Of a stretch of DNA of 64,000 nt, positions 1-9,153 are shown one piece after another. Positions within the stretch are counted from its first letter, which is position 1. Every line of letters starts with the position of its first letter. A program made the translations under genes and the position numbers. The notes beneath the pieces were generated by a model, which did not search any database, had not been told where the DNA came from, and saw only the letters and a program-made list of their open reading frames with translations. The stretch lies in the IMG/VR virus record IMGVR_UViG_3300025154_000087, positions 1,359 to 65,358 of that record. One strand, written 5' to 3'. The DNA is from a virus (Duplodnaviria; Caudoviricetes).

Positions 1-233
1 TTAGAGATCTCCCCACAGATGACAGCATAACCTAACCCTGGTTCATTGACGAGTTTATCCCTCCATTGATTCAGAAGGTAACTCTTTTTTACTTTTTCAT
101 CCCTATATGGAAGCCACTTAACCGTTGCTGGCTTCTTAACCTTTTTCTTTACTTCGTCGTAAACGCATTTGATCGGAACAATAGACCATCCTCGATCTAG
201 CGCGGACAACGCTAAATTTAGCAGGTTTGCCAT
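1..233 (-). CDS. N-terminus of bifunctional primase/polymerase (Prim-Pol), truncated by window edge
   Basis: Own translation from ATG at 233: MANLLNLALSALDRGWSIVPIKC...KKPATVKW...GYAVICGEIS, matching the GW-x-V-x-P, K-x-P and G-x-x-S start of Prim-Pol domains. Confidence 0.75.
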   Translation of the reverse strand, partial: MANLLNLALSALDRGWSIVPIKCVYDEVKKKVKKPATVKWLPYRDEKVKKSYLLNQWRDKLVNEPGLGYAVICGEIS

Positions 234-242
234 GGCTTGTTC

Positions 243-515
243 CTAAAAAGGGGCGTAGTTTTTCAATAACCGAAATTTTGTTCCATGATGACCATTATTT
301 ATTCTTTCCCCTAAACCAGCATCAATTATTCGTTTCAGATGGTTGTAAGGGTTTGTTATGTTTAGTAATCGACCAATCTCGCTGGAGTTTATAGTAACCC
401 ATGTACCCGGAGGGCAATGAATAACCAGGTGGATATAGAATAGAGTGGTCGTGGCACTACCCAACTCCTTAGCATCATGGAGGATTTCCCCCCATTGCTT
501 TTCTACAATGTCCAT
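243..515 (-). CDS. hypothetical protein, possible winged HTH
   Basis: 90 aa ORF in leftward operon; SSEIGRLLNI...HLKRIIDAGL pattern. Confidence 0.5.
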   Translation of the reverse strand: MDIVEKQWGEILHDAKELGSATTTLFYIHLVIHCPPGTWVTINSSEIGRLLNITNPYNHLKRIIDAGLGERINNGHHGTKFRLLKNYAPF

Positions 516-519
516 TATA

Positions 520-753
520 TTATTCCTCTATTTTTATCAAATCACATGATTCTTTTATAAATTGATCTTGGAAGATCATGTATTGACCTGTAAACAGCAA
601 GGTCATCCAAAAATGATCTCCCAAGATGCCAAGATCTACTCCTGTAATCACTCGGAATGGTATACAGGGCTCCGTTTTATGCCGGAAACAATCCCCGACA
701 ATTATCCCTCGGTCCATTATAGTGTATAACCTCGCAATTTGTCTTCCTGACAA
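520..753 (-). CDS. hypothetical protein
   Basis: Packed ORF in leftward operon; start uncertain. Confidence 0.4.
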   Translation of the reverse strand: MSGRQIARLYTIMDRGIIVGDCFRHKTEPCIPFRVITGVDLGILGDHFWMTLLFTGQYMIFQDQFIKESCDLIKIEE

Positions 754-983
754 GTTGGTTCGAAGAAATGGGTATTATAGTTATCCACAATTAAATGGTG
801 GTCTCGGAATGCTTCATGGAAGGTCATCCATCTTTGTTCGGATTCAATAAAGACTTCATAATTATCCATGAAATCCATATCTTGCTCATCTGGCCAGCAT
901 ACTATAATCTCATTTACTGAATGGATGTTAAATTTAGATGGTTCGGCCAAACGACCATCTTTTATTAACCGGATTTTACTCAT
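717..983 (-). CDS. hypothetical protein
   Basis: 88 aa, ATGA-type overlap with upstream gene. Confidence 0.6.
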   Translation of the reverse strand: MSKIRLIKDGRLAEPSKFNIHSVNEIIVCWPDEQDMDFMDNYEVFIESEQRWMTFHEAFRDHHLIVDNYNTHFFEPTCQEDKLRGYTL

Positions 984-1477
984 AATGTGCTCCAGGCTAC
1001 AGGTTTCAGTGATTTTGGAAGGTAAAGAGGATGGGAAGGATGACCATTCTTTGTCAGTTTTAAGACATGAAGGTTCGGGAATATACCCTTTATTTCTTTT
1101 TCCCGAAAATCATCGATTTGAGTCCCCCAACATCCAACCATCATCGGTAGTTTATCCCTCCATTTTAGGAAAACTAAATCATTAAAGATATCGTTCTTCA
1201 TATCTTTCTGGGGAATTGTCGATATCAAGGGGTAAGCATTAAGCATAACTATCCCTGTATATCCCCAATCTTTTGCAAAACCCATGCACCGCCGAATAGT
1301 GGGATCTTCTACTTTTTCATCGGCTATGGAAGGATTCAGGCCTATGAATCCACAAACAGGATCTCCAATCCCCCATAACCGAATTAATTCATATCGTCGG
1401 GTTAAGTCTTCACTGAATAAAGCATTAGCCCGAATCAGTTTTCCTTTGTAGATATGGACATCCAATCGCTCTTTCAT
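980..1477 (-). CDS. DUF1643 family protein
   Basis: FIGLNPS-x-AD...DPTIRRC-x-x-FA...WG...G-x-P-x-HPLY signature. Confidence 0.85.
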   Translation of the reverse strand: MKERLDVHIYKGKLIRANALFSEDLTRRYELIRLWGIGDPVCGFIGLNPSIADEKVEDPTIRRCMGFAKDWGYTGIVMLNAYPLISTIPQKDMKNDIFNDLVFLKWRDKLPMMVGCWGTQIDDFREKEIKGIFPNLHVLKLTKNGHPSHPLYLPKSLKPVAWSTL

Positions 1478-1619
1478 TCTTCATCCTCATCCTCTGAGAA
1501 ATAAACCCCTAACACAAAGGGCCAAATAAAAAAGGTTAGGAAGAACTTCTTAAGGGTCAACTTATCTACTACTAACCCCATAGTGAAGAGAAACCCAATC
1601 AACCATATAATTATAGCAG

Positions 1620-1820
1620 TCATATCAGTTCCTTTTCCATTGCCAGCCATTCAGGCAGAATGATTATGATGATTTCCCCTACTTCCCAATTCAAAACCTC
1701 ATTCTCATCGTTTCGAAGTTGAGACTTAGGTATCCAGATGTTTTTTCCTTCCTCCCCATCATTTATCAGGATCGCCCGATGAGTCTGATGGATCAATTCC
1801 ACTGTTATTTCGACATCCAT
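1620..1820 (-). CDS. small conserved phage protein
   Basis: AILI...WIPKSQ...LPEWLA pattern. Confidence 0.7.
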   Translation of the reverse strand: MDVEITVELIHQTHRAILINDGEEGKNIWIPKSQLRNDENEVLNWEVGEIIIIILPEWLAMEKELI

Positions 1821-1824
1821 ATTA

Positions 1825-2016
1825 TTACCACCCTTGCTCTGTGATATCTTTGATATGGGGAGGATCCTTTGGACTTGCCGGAAATTGGTTTATTCGATTC
1901 TTTACCGAAGATAACAAGCGATCCAAAGAGAAATCCCTGGGATTTGCCCCCCATGTTTCTATGAACAACTCATAGATCTCAATCCATTGTTCCCGAGAAA
2001 GTTTTTTATTTGCCAT
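1825..2016 (-). CDS. hypothetical protein
   Basis: 63 aa ORF overlapping the end of the thymidylate synthase gene. Confidence 0.55.
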   Translation of the reverse strand: MANKKLSREQWIEIYELFIETWGANPRDFSLDRLLSSVKNRINQFPASPKDPPHIKDITEQGW

Positions 2017-2740
2017 GGATTAACAGGTACCTTTCCTTGTTTTCCAGAGTTTTTTCGCTTGTCTCAATCTTATCAACACATAAGGTATTGACCAGCGGGA
2101 AGTATTGCTCGTAGATGTGCAAACCATCAGAAAAGGCAATGATGGAACCATCATCAAGGACAAGTCCCTTTTCCGATAACATACATAGCACATATTCCTT
2201 CAGCAATTGAAGACCACCCAAATTTTCGGGGAGCCCCGTGTAAAGGTCCCAAGACCGGAAATAAACCCCCATGTTAAGATTTTGGGCCACTCTTTTAAAT
2301 GAGATGGCCCGTAAACAAGGAGGATCCTTAAGGAAGGTGGTCAAAGGGGAACCAATGCAAATAGTGGCCTGGTTGGTATACCCTTGGGACCGGACAAGTA
2401 AATCAATGATGTAAGATAATTGCATATGGATGAATTCTCCATATGTATATACCTCATTCTCTTTCTTTTCACTCCCCATTATATAATTAACGAAATAGTT
2501 ATTGATCTTTTCCTCGTCCGTAGGGGAAGGAAGGGGGTAGGGACAAATTGGGGCTAATGGTCTAAGCCCCGGAAGGCGCATTTCAATCTTGACGGAATCC
2601 AGTTGCCGGCGGATTTGTCCAGTATAACTACCTTCTTCAGTTATGTAGTCATAGCCGTTTTTGGCGCATAACCACATGGATTCTCTCCAGGCATCTTCGA
2701 TTGTGGTGGTCTTGATTGTATTGCAGTTGGGATAAATCAT
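2006..2740 (-). CDS. thyA: thymidylate synthase, short archaeal-like type, dUMP-specific (TS1)
   Basis: PPCL catalytic Cys, RSWDLYTGLPEN with Asn at the E. coli N177 position, GLHIYE; RBS AAGGAG before ATG 2740. Confidence 0.85.
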   Translation of the reverse strand: MIYPNCNTIKTTTIEDAWRESMWLCAKNGYDYITEEGSYTGQIRRQLDSVKIEMRLPGLRPLAPICPYPLPSPTDEEKINNYFVNYIMGSEKKENEVYTYGEFIHMQLSYIIDLLVRSQGYTNQATICIGSPLTTFLKDPPCLRAISFKRVAQNLNMGVYFRSWDLYTGLPENLGGLQLLKEYVLCMLSEKGLVLDDGSIIAFSDGLHIYEQYFPLVNTLCVDKIETSEKTLENKERYLLIHGK

Positions 2741-2794
2741 TGTTTTTGTTCTCCTTTTGATTAAGATGAATGAGGTCGTACTGTATAATGGTTT

Positions 2795-2823
2795 ATTATA
2801 CATAATATTTATATCTATGTAAA
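2795..2823 (-). promoter_or_regulatory. leftward sigma70-type promoter
   Basis: TTTACA-N17-TATAAT on minus strand. Confidence 0.75.
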
Positions 2824-2832
2824 TAATTTTTG

Positions 2833-2861
2833 TTTACAAAACAAAATAAATATTATATAGT
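2833..2861 (+). promoter_or_regulatory. rightward sigma70-type promoter
   Basis: TTTACA-N17-TATAGT. Confidence 0.75.
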
Positions 2862-2941
2862 AAAATAAAGTATATGTGCATGGGAGAACTCCAAACCCTA
2901 ACAATAAGGAGGTAAAAATATCAAAGCAAAGGAGAATCAAA

Positions 2942-3133
2942 ATGTCAGAGGGATATTTAACCACGGCACAGGTAGCAAAATTGCATGGAGTCACCAGAGG
3001 GTGTGTTGTTCAGTGGATCAAACAAGATACTGATCCACTGCCGGCGGAGAAATTCAATCAAGTCTGGATGATTAAAGAAATTGATGCCCGGATGTTCCAG
3101 CGACGACCAATCACCGGGAGACCAAGGAGATAA
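2942..3133 (+). CDS. excisionase/MerR-like HTH DNA-binding protein
   Basis: YLTTAQVAKLHGVTRGCVVQWIK...LPAEK...WMI; RBS AGGAG. Confidence 0.75.
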   Translation: MSEGYLTTAQVAKLHGVTRGCVVQWIKQDTDPLPAEKFNQVWMIKEIDARMFQRRPITGRPRR

Positions 3134-3135
3134 CA

Positions 3136-3585
3136 ATGGCCGAGATAATTTTCACTGTCAATCGGATTAATTCCATGATCCCTGCTCAACAATCGGGAGA
3201 TACAGTATTACATGTAACGGCTACCATTAGTGAATGGGGATTAAAAGGGCTTTTCCAGCAGATTCTTCGGCATATCACTGGAGATACTTTCTTCAAGTGG
3301 TTAAAAGAAATTGATCCCCAAGAACAAGTCACTGATGGAGCAGCCAGAATCGGAAAGGAACGAAACCGGCAAATAACAGAAGAGCATTGGGACAGCAGAC
3401 ATGATTCCCATCATGACCATGAACAGCTAATTGTATTAGCAGCGGCTTATCTTTTAAGGGATGCAAACCTGGTTCCGGATGGTTGGGGCACTTGGTATAA
3501 ACCATCTTCGAAGAACCGAATCCGAGAATTGGAAAAAGCAGGTGCTTTAGTGGCGGCGGAGATCGATCATTTATTAGCAAAGTAG
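3136..3585 (+). CDS. phage protein with possible all-alpha NTP pyrophosphohydrolase-like C-terminus
   Basis: ERNRQ...HD...AAAYL...RELEKAGALVAAEID motif common in phages. Confidence 0.55.
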   Translation: MAEIIFTVNRINSMIPAQQSGDTVLHVTATISEWGLKGLFQQILRHITGDTFFKWLKEIDPQEQVTDGAARIGKERNRQITEEHWDSRHDSHHDHEQLIVLAAAYLLRDANLVPDGWGTWYKPSSKNRIRELEKAGALVAAEIDHLLAK

Positions 3586-3598
3586 AAGGAAGGGAACC

Positions 3599-3982
3599 AT
3601 GTATAACCGAACCTGGACCATTGAGAGGGATATTTCCGGGAGGGAAGGGGAACCTCCAGAGATCGTTTGTTTATGTGGATCAACTCGGTTTAAGTTGGAA
3701 TTCGAAAAGCAAAACCGACTGTTAACTTGTCAGGGTTATATCGTCCTGTTACCAGGGTGTTTTGTCCATCTCGAGGGGATCGACCAAGATAGCCCTTTGA
3801 AGAAAAAGTTGGATGAATACTATCTGTGGAAAATAGATCTGGCCGATTGGATCCTGATCATCAATCCAGGTTTTTATATAGGGGAGGGAACAAAGCGAGA
3901 AATCATCTACGCACGAGATAGAGGAAAAAGGATAGAGTTTTTAGTAACAGAAAATATCAATAAATTTTTAGGGTATAATTAA
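3599..3982 (+). CDS. nucleoside 2-deoxyribosyltransferase-like protein
   Basis: VCLCGS-x-RF...KIDLAD-x-I-x-I-x-N...YIGEGTKREI-x-YA. Confidence 0.65.
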   Translation: MYNRTWTIERDISGREGEPPEIVCLCGSTRFKLEFEKQNRLLTCQGYIVLLPGCFVHLEGIDQDSPLKKKLDEYYLWKIDLADWILIINPGFYIGEGTKREIIYARDRGKRIEFLVTENINKFLGYN

Positions 3983-3983
3983 T

Positions 3984-4343
3984 ATGATGAGCGGGGATGA
4001 AATTACAATCAGCGGCCAGGTGAAGTGGAGAAATGGAACCGGACCCTATGATAAAGACGGTTACTATTTCAATCGGAGTTGTGAAGGGTTCGGGTCAGCT
4101 ATCCCTTTATGGGGAGTAACCCCAAATGACCTTCGAATTTTAGCGGATCACCTTGAAATGGTACGGCCGGAAAGCAAAGGGAAAAGCAACCCCAACCTCA
4201 TCGAAAGATTAGCAGAGGCCGTTGTCAATCTATACTCCATGATCGATCCCGATATTGTGGCAATGAACCTTTCCCCCAGGGATTTGAAGAAACTGGAGGC
4301 CGTGGAAAAGGAGGCTTCAAATATTTTGGAAAAAATGGAATAA
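3984..4343 (+). CDS. hypothetical protein
   Basis: 119 aa packed ORF. Confidence 0.55.
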   Translation: MMSGDEITISGQVKWRNGTGPYDKDGYYFNRSCEGFGSAIPLWGVTPNDLRILADHLEMVRPESKGKSNPNLIERLAEAVVNLYSMIDPDIVAMNLSPRDLKKLEAVEKEASNILEKME

Positions 4344-4347
4344 AAGG

Positions 4348-4427
4348 TTTACAAAAGTATTGTTATACAGTATAGTACTTATGAAAGAGAAGGAATAGGT
4401 TCTTCTCCAAACCACAAAATAGGAGAT
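4348..4427 (+). promoter_or_regulatory. repeated promoter plus conserved structured leader (copy 1)
   Basis: TTTACA-N17-TATAGT then GAGAAGGAATAGGTTCTTCTCCAAACCACAAAATAGGAGAT. Confidence 0.75.
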
Positions 4428-4431
4428 TATC

Positions 4432-4947
4432 ATGGACCCAGTAGAAAGATGTGTTCGCCCCTTAATGGAAGATGCCATAAGACGAGCAGAGGAAGAAGCC
4501 AAAGTTTTAGTCTCCCGAGTACAGGATCAACTCAAAGCCGCCGGGTATGATTTAAATGTATGTGCTCCTTATCCAGAAACTAAGGGCTGGAATCAAACCA
4601 AAGCTACCCAATACCAACTATTTCGCAAACTTACCCAGAGTCGAAAAAGTTCAATTCGACGGGGGGAACCTAACTTTGCAGACATGTCCTCGAAAAAAGT
4701 TCATCAGTTTATCGAGGATGCTAAAGAAAGAACCGGATTCCAATATCTTGCTTTCATGGAGAAACTCCGACAGAAAATTGGTCCCGTTGATGAGGCCGAA
4801 ATAGAAGGTAGTCATGTCTGGGGTTATTCAATATTGATGGTTAAAAAGGGAGAGGTCATCGAACATTGGAAAACCCATATGATAGTAAATGTTTCCAAAT
4901 TTGGGGAACCCTTCAACCAATGGCCGACTCGAAAGGTTAGAAAATAG
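4432..4947 (+). CDS. hypothetical early protein
   Basis: 171 aa, strong RBS; C-terminal NVSK-x-G-x-x-FNQWPTRK motif seen in phage proteins. Confidence 0.7.
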   Translation: MDPVERCVRPLMEDAIRRAEEEAKVLVSRVQDQLKAAGYDLNVCAPYPETKGWNQTKATQYQLFRKLTQSRKSSIRRGEPNFADMSSKKVHQFIEDAKERTGFQYLAFMEKLRQKIGPVDEAEIEGSHVWGYSILMVKKGEVIEHWKTHMIVNVSKFGEPFNQWPTRKVRK

Positions 4948-4957
4948 GAGGTATCCC

Positions 4958-5161
4958 ATGGGGACTCGATTCGATACGATGAGGGAAATGGCCCTTATGA
5001 AACATCGATTGACTTATCAGATTAATCGGAACCTTTTCCTATTGAAAGTCATCGATGAAGGGAAACTCTTTCAATTGGATAAGACATCCCATAACATCTA
5101 TGAACTCGATATAAAGCAGGTGGATGCTTTGGAGAGAGCAAGTGTATATATTCAAGAATGA
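4958..5161 (+). CDS. hypothetical protein
   Basis: RBS AGGAGG before ATG 4958. Confidence 0.55.
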   Translation: MGTRFDTMREMALMKHRLTYQINRNLFLLKVIDEGKLFQLDKTSHNIYELDIKQVDALERASVYIQE

Positions 5162-6761
5162 ACCTTGGGTGCATCAGCGAAAAGCATTAGAGGTATCTTG
5201 GAATAAAACCTATTTCGCTTTGCTGATGGACTATGGAACAGGGAAAACCAAAGTAATCATTGATAATGCTGGAATCCTATTCGAGCAGAAAGGGGCTATC
5301 GATGCTTTATTCATCATAGCCCCGAATAATGTTCATAAGCAATGGGTATTAGAGCAAATCCCTGAACATTTACCCGAACGAATCCCCCGGATTTGCCGGG
5401 TATGGACGGGAGAGGACACAATCAAATTTAAAAAATCTCTAGAGGATTTTTGGTCGGATCGTAACAAGAATAAATTAAAGATCTTTTCCATCAATGTCGA
5501 GGCCTTCCAAAGTAGCATCAGAGCCCAAACCTTTTCTAAGAATTTCCTGAAGGCTTTCCGGTCCATGTTAGTAATAGATGAGTCCACCCGGATAAAAACC
5601 CCTGGTACAAAAAGAACAACATTCATTATCAATAATTTATCTAAAATTGCTCCTTACAGAAGAACACTTACAGGAAATGAAATCACCCGGAGCCCATTTG
5701 ATATATATTCCCCCTATTTGTTTTTGTCTGATTCTTTTTGGGATCCTATTCCTAATTATCATATTTTTACCCATAAATATGCTGAATGGAAGAAGAATTT
5801 TACCTTTAGAAAAAATATAAAAGTAAAAGATTTCCATTGCCCAGAATGTAGAAAATACTTAGAGACCATTAATATCAAAAGAATGGAAGGGTTTGTATTT
5901 GCTGTTTGTTCTCTATGTAACCAGGTGTTAAAAATTGGGGGTCTCCCTTCAAAGGTCCGGAAATTAGTAGAAAGTGGGGGTAAATTTGAATACCCGACAC
6001 TCCTTAAATATAGAAATTTGGATGAACTCCGCCAAAAGATTTCTTCTCATTCCTTCCAAGTACGAAAAGAAGATTGCATGGATCTTCCCCCAAAGGTATA
6101 TTCCCCCATTTATACAGAGATGAATGAGGAACAAAAGAGAATATACAAGGAATTGAAGGATAACCTCTTCACCGTTTATCAAGAAAGCGAACTGACCGTC
6201 CCTAATAAAATTGCTTTGACTACAAGATTTCAGCAAATTGTAGGGGGGTTCTTCCCTGAAACCAATAAGCAAATCGGAGAGAACAACCCCAAAATTGATC
6301 GATTGATCTATGATTTAGAAGATATTGATACACCAGATCCAATAATTATTTGGGCTCGTTTTGTTATTGAGATACAAGAAATAGCTAAAAGGCTGAAGCA
6401 GGAATACCCTGGTAAACGGATTGTAACCTTTTATGGAGAAACGAAAAAACAGGATCGAGCCCAAATAATTGAAGATTTCAAAAATGGCCAGGTGGATTTC
6501 TTTGTCGCTAATACCATGGTCGCTGGAACTGGATTAAATCTGCAAAGGGCTTATCTTCAGTATTATTATTCTAATAGTTTCATGGCTGAGGATCGATGGC
6601 AATCGGAAGACCGATCACATAGAGGAGGGCAAACCCATACTTGTCTATATAAAGATATTTGGATAAAAGGGACGGTGGATGATACCGTAATGAAGGCCAA
6701 TAGCACAAAAAAGAATTTGGCTGAATTCTTTAAAGATCATTCAATAAAGGAATTGGTATGA
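5124..6761 (+). CDS. SNF2-family (SF2) helicase with internal Zn ribbon
   Basis: DYGTGKT Walker A, IDEST, LTG, AGTGLNLQ, QSEDRSHR-x-GQ. Confidence 0.9.
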   Translation: MLWREQVYIFKNEPWVHQRKALEVSWNKTYFALLMDYGTGKTKVIIDNAGILFEQKGAIDALFIIAPNNVHKQWVLEQIPEHLPERIPRICRVWTGEDTIKFKKSLEDFWSDRNKNKLKIFSINVEAFQSSIRAQTFSKNFLKAFRSMLVIDESTRIKTPGTKRTTFIINNLSKIAPYRRTLTGNEITRSPFDIYSPYLFLSDSFWDPIPNYHIFTHKYAEWKKNFTFRKNIKVKDFHCPECRKYLETINIKRMEGFVFAVCSLCNQVLKIGGLPSKVRKLVESGGKFEYPTLLKYRNLDELRQKISSHSFQVRKEDCMDLPPKVYSPIYTEMNEEQKRIYKELKDNLFTVYQESELTVPNKIALTTRFQQIVGGFFPETNKQIGENNPKIDRLIYDLEDIDTPDPIIIWARFVIEIQEIAKRLKQEYPGKRIVTFYGETKKQDRAQIIEDFKNGQVDFFVANTMVAGTGLNLQRAYLQYYYSNSFMAEDRWQSEDRSHRGGQTHTCLYKDIWIKGTVDDTVMKANSTKKNLAEFFKDHSIKELV

Positions 6762-7312
6762 CGATTAACATAATGATTGACATCGAAACAATGGGGACCT
6801 CGGAGAATGCTCCTATAGTATCATTAGGAGCAGTTCAATTCGATTCTGATGGAATATATCCTAGTGGGTATTATGGGGTATGGACTCTTAAGAGTTCGAT
6901 GAGTTATGGGTTTGTTCCAGAGGCATCAACTATTATGTGGTGGATGGATAGATCAATCACGGCTCGGATGGGATTAATAAAAGCAACGGGGACCATAAAG
7001 GAGGAGCTTCTTCATTTCCATCAATGGTTATCGAATAAAATAGGGGAAGACGGAAAGAAAGAGTTAAGAATATGGTGTAATGGAGCAAATTTTGATGGGG
7101 TATTACTCCGTCATACCATCAAGAAAGTTATTGGGGAACCCTTATGGCATCATGGACAGGAAAGATGCTACCGGACAATCCGGAAATTATTCCGAGATGA
7201 TTGGGAATCGATAGCAACTGCTAATTATAACCATATAGCGATTGACGATGCTATTACTCAAGCCTTAGAACTGATCCCCATTCTCAATAAATACCATTTA
7301 TGGGAGAATTGA
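6758..7312 (+). CDS. DEDDh 3'-5' exonuclease
   Basis: IDIETMG, W-x-NGANFD, H-x-AIDDA. Confidence 0.85.
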   Translation: MTINIMIDIETMGTSENAPIVSLGAVQFDSDGIYPSGYYGVWTLKSSMSYGFVPEASTIMWWMDRSITARMGLIKATGTIKEELLHFHQWLSNKIGEDGKKELRIWCNGANFDGVLLRHTIKKVIGEPLWHHGQERCYRTIRKLFRDDWESIATANYNHIAIDDAITQALELIPILNKYHLWEN

Positions 7313-7314
7313 AA

Positions 7315-7587
7315 ATGATCCAATCAAACTTCCAAATTCTAACTTTTAATCCGTGCTTTATCGCTTTGGTCGATTTAAATTTAGGAGGTAGATCCGTAAC
7401 CAATGACGCTGAGAGCATAATCAAGTGGTTATCCGATCGGGGGATGACTCAGGACCATCGAGTTTTCTATCGGGACTCCGAGGGAGATTGGGATGAGATG
7501 AAACATTTTGATGGAGAATTTATAGGATTTTCTCCTATCGAGCAAAGTATGAAGTTATCCTTGATAAATTTAATGAACCATAAATAA
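7315..7587 (+). CDS. hypothetical protein
   Basis: SVTNDAE...YRDSEG-x-WDE motif ORF. Confidence 0.6.
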   Translation: MIQSNFQILTFNPCFIALVDLNLGGRSVTNDAESIIKWLSDRGMTQDHRVFYRDSEGDWDEMKHFDGEFIGFSPIEQSMKLSLINLMNHK

Positions 7588-7591
7588 AAGG

Positions 7592-7620
7592 TTTACAAAA
7601 TAAAATTTTTCCATTAAAAT
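7592..7620 (+). promoter_or_regulatory. sigma70-type promoter
   Basis: TTTACA-N17-TAAAAT. Confidence 0.6.
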
Positions 7621-7642
7621 AATAAAATAAAGGAGCATTTTC

Positions 7643-8239
7643 ATGGATGACATTTTTAAGGAAATTGAAGAGGCCGGGGATAAAGTAAAGAAGGAACAAA
7701 CCATCGACTTAGGGATGATCTCTCGGTTAGTGGAATCCCAGGTTATGCTGGAAAGAAAAGCCAATGACTGGAATGTAAATAAGATAATCAGCTTTTCCCG
7801 GACGAATGAATACTCCATTGAGGATCTGGAAGAAGCCTTGAAACTTCGGAAAAAGGACCTTTTTAATATCCGTCAAGTACAAATCCCGGAAGTTATGAAA
7901 GAGTTTGGGTTGGATTCTATCAAGACGACCACTGGAACCACGATCAAGATCAAGGGGGATATCTCGGTATCCATCAAGGATGAGACCAACTTTTTCAAGT
8001 ATCTCCGTGAAAATGAGGCGGGGGACTTGATCAAGGAAGTAATCATTGTATCAGTAACAAGCGAAGAAAGAAAGGAGGTGATTGATACACTCGATCAAAC
8101 AGAATGTGTCTATGAAACGAAAGAAGGAATCCATGCCCAAACCCTGAAGAAGTATATTAAAGGGTTAAGGGAAAAGGGGGTAAAAGTCCCGGAAAATCTT
8201 GTGAGTATCTACGAGTATCAATTTTCAAAAATTTCTTAA
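7643..8239 (+). CDS. conserved phage replication-module protein
   Basis: IPEVM-x-E-x-G...G-x-x-I...GDLIK...IH-x-QTLK pattern typically found next to SSB-like genes. Confidence 0.65.
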   Translation: MDDIFKEIEEAGDKVKKEQTIDLGMISRLVESQVMLERKANDWNVNKIISFSRTNEYSIEDLEEALKLRKKDLFNIRQVQIPEVMKEFGLDSIKTTTGTTIKIKGDISVSIKDETNFFKYLRENEAGDLIKEVIIVSVTSEERKEVIDTLDQTECVYETKEGIHAQTLKKYIKGLREKGVKVPENLVSIYEYQFSKIS

Positions 8240-8253
8240 GGAGCATATTACTC

Positions 8254-9081
8254 ATGGCTGAAAAAAAAGCAGTAACAAAAAAGGAAGAGGCTGCCCTTCC
8301 TATCCCGATGGCGGACCTGGAATTGTTATCAGGTCAGGGTTTTGAAAATGCAGACAAAGACTCTTATGCGGTCCCGTTCCTTCGGATCCTGCAACCAACA
8401 TCTCCCCAAATTGAAGAAGGCGGTCCCGCCTATATTGAAGGGGCGAAAGCCGGATTGTTTTTGAATACGGTCAGTAATACCCTTTTAGGGAGAGTCCTCG
8501 ATATCATCCCCCTGCATTATGGCCGGGATTTCGTGGAATGGCTGCCTAACCGGAAAGGGTTTGTTCGGTCCCATGGTAATAATCCAGCTATTTTGGAAAG
8601 AATTGCCACGATCGACGATAAGAATATTTCCTATCTCGACAATGGGAATATCATTCAGGACACGAGAAATCACTATGTTCTGTTGGGGGATCATCTTGAA
8701 CTCGGTCCCATCATCTTGTCCTTGGTATCAACGGGAATACGGCATAGCAGAAAATGGATGTCTCGGATGGGAGCCCTTCGTATCCCCGGCAGCGATAAAC
8801 AAGCCCCCATGTTTGCCAGTGTTTGGACTATCGAGTCCACTCGGAACTCCAATGATGACGGCACCTGGTATCAACTCGGGGACAAGACCACCACCAGCAT
8901 TGAATTTGCCCGCTGGGTCAACAAGAAAGAACTTGATATAGCCATGGCGGCCCGAGACTTGGTTACAAGTGGAACAGCCAAGGCTGATTATGAATCCACT
9001 GTCGATACTTCGACCACTCCGGATAACTCTGAAAAAGGACCACCTCCCGGAATGGAAGAAAACGGGGATGTCCCCTTTTAA
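8254..9081 (+). CDS. putative single-stranded DNA-binding protein
   Basis: PFLRILQ-x-x-SP, VEW, G-x-WY motifs and acidic tail ending DVPF. Confidence 0.65.
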   Translation: MAEKKAVTKKEEAALPIPMADLELLSGQGFENADKDSYAVPFLRILQPTSPQIEEGGPAYIEGAKAGLFLNTVSNTLLGRVLDIIPLHYGRDFVEWLPNRKGFVRSHGNNPAILERIATIDDKNISYLDNGNIIQDTRNHYVLLGDHLELGPIILSLVSTGIRHSRKWMSRMGALRIPGSDKQAPMFASVWTIESTRNSNDDGTWYQLGDKTTTSIEFARWVNKKELDIAMAARDLVTSGTAKADYESTVDTSTTPDNSEKGPPPGMEENGDVPF

Positions 9082-9114
9082 GTGAAATGATCTGAGTTTA
9101 TTTTATAGTAGGGG

Positions 9115-9152
9115 AATCCTCCTGATTATTTTATTGATCAGGAGGATTTTTT
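9115..9152 (+). terminator. intrinsic terminator
   Basis: AATCCTCCTGATTA/TGATCAGGAGGATT stem followed by T-run. Confidence 0.75.
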
Positions 9153-9153
9153 A

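Noticed and set aside
2942-3133. Prophage excision module
   Set aside because: Excisionase-like HTH only; no integrase, att site or host genes seen.
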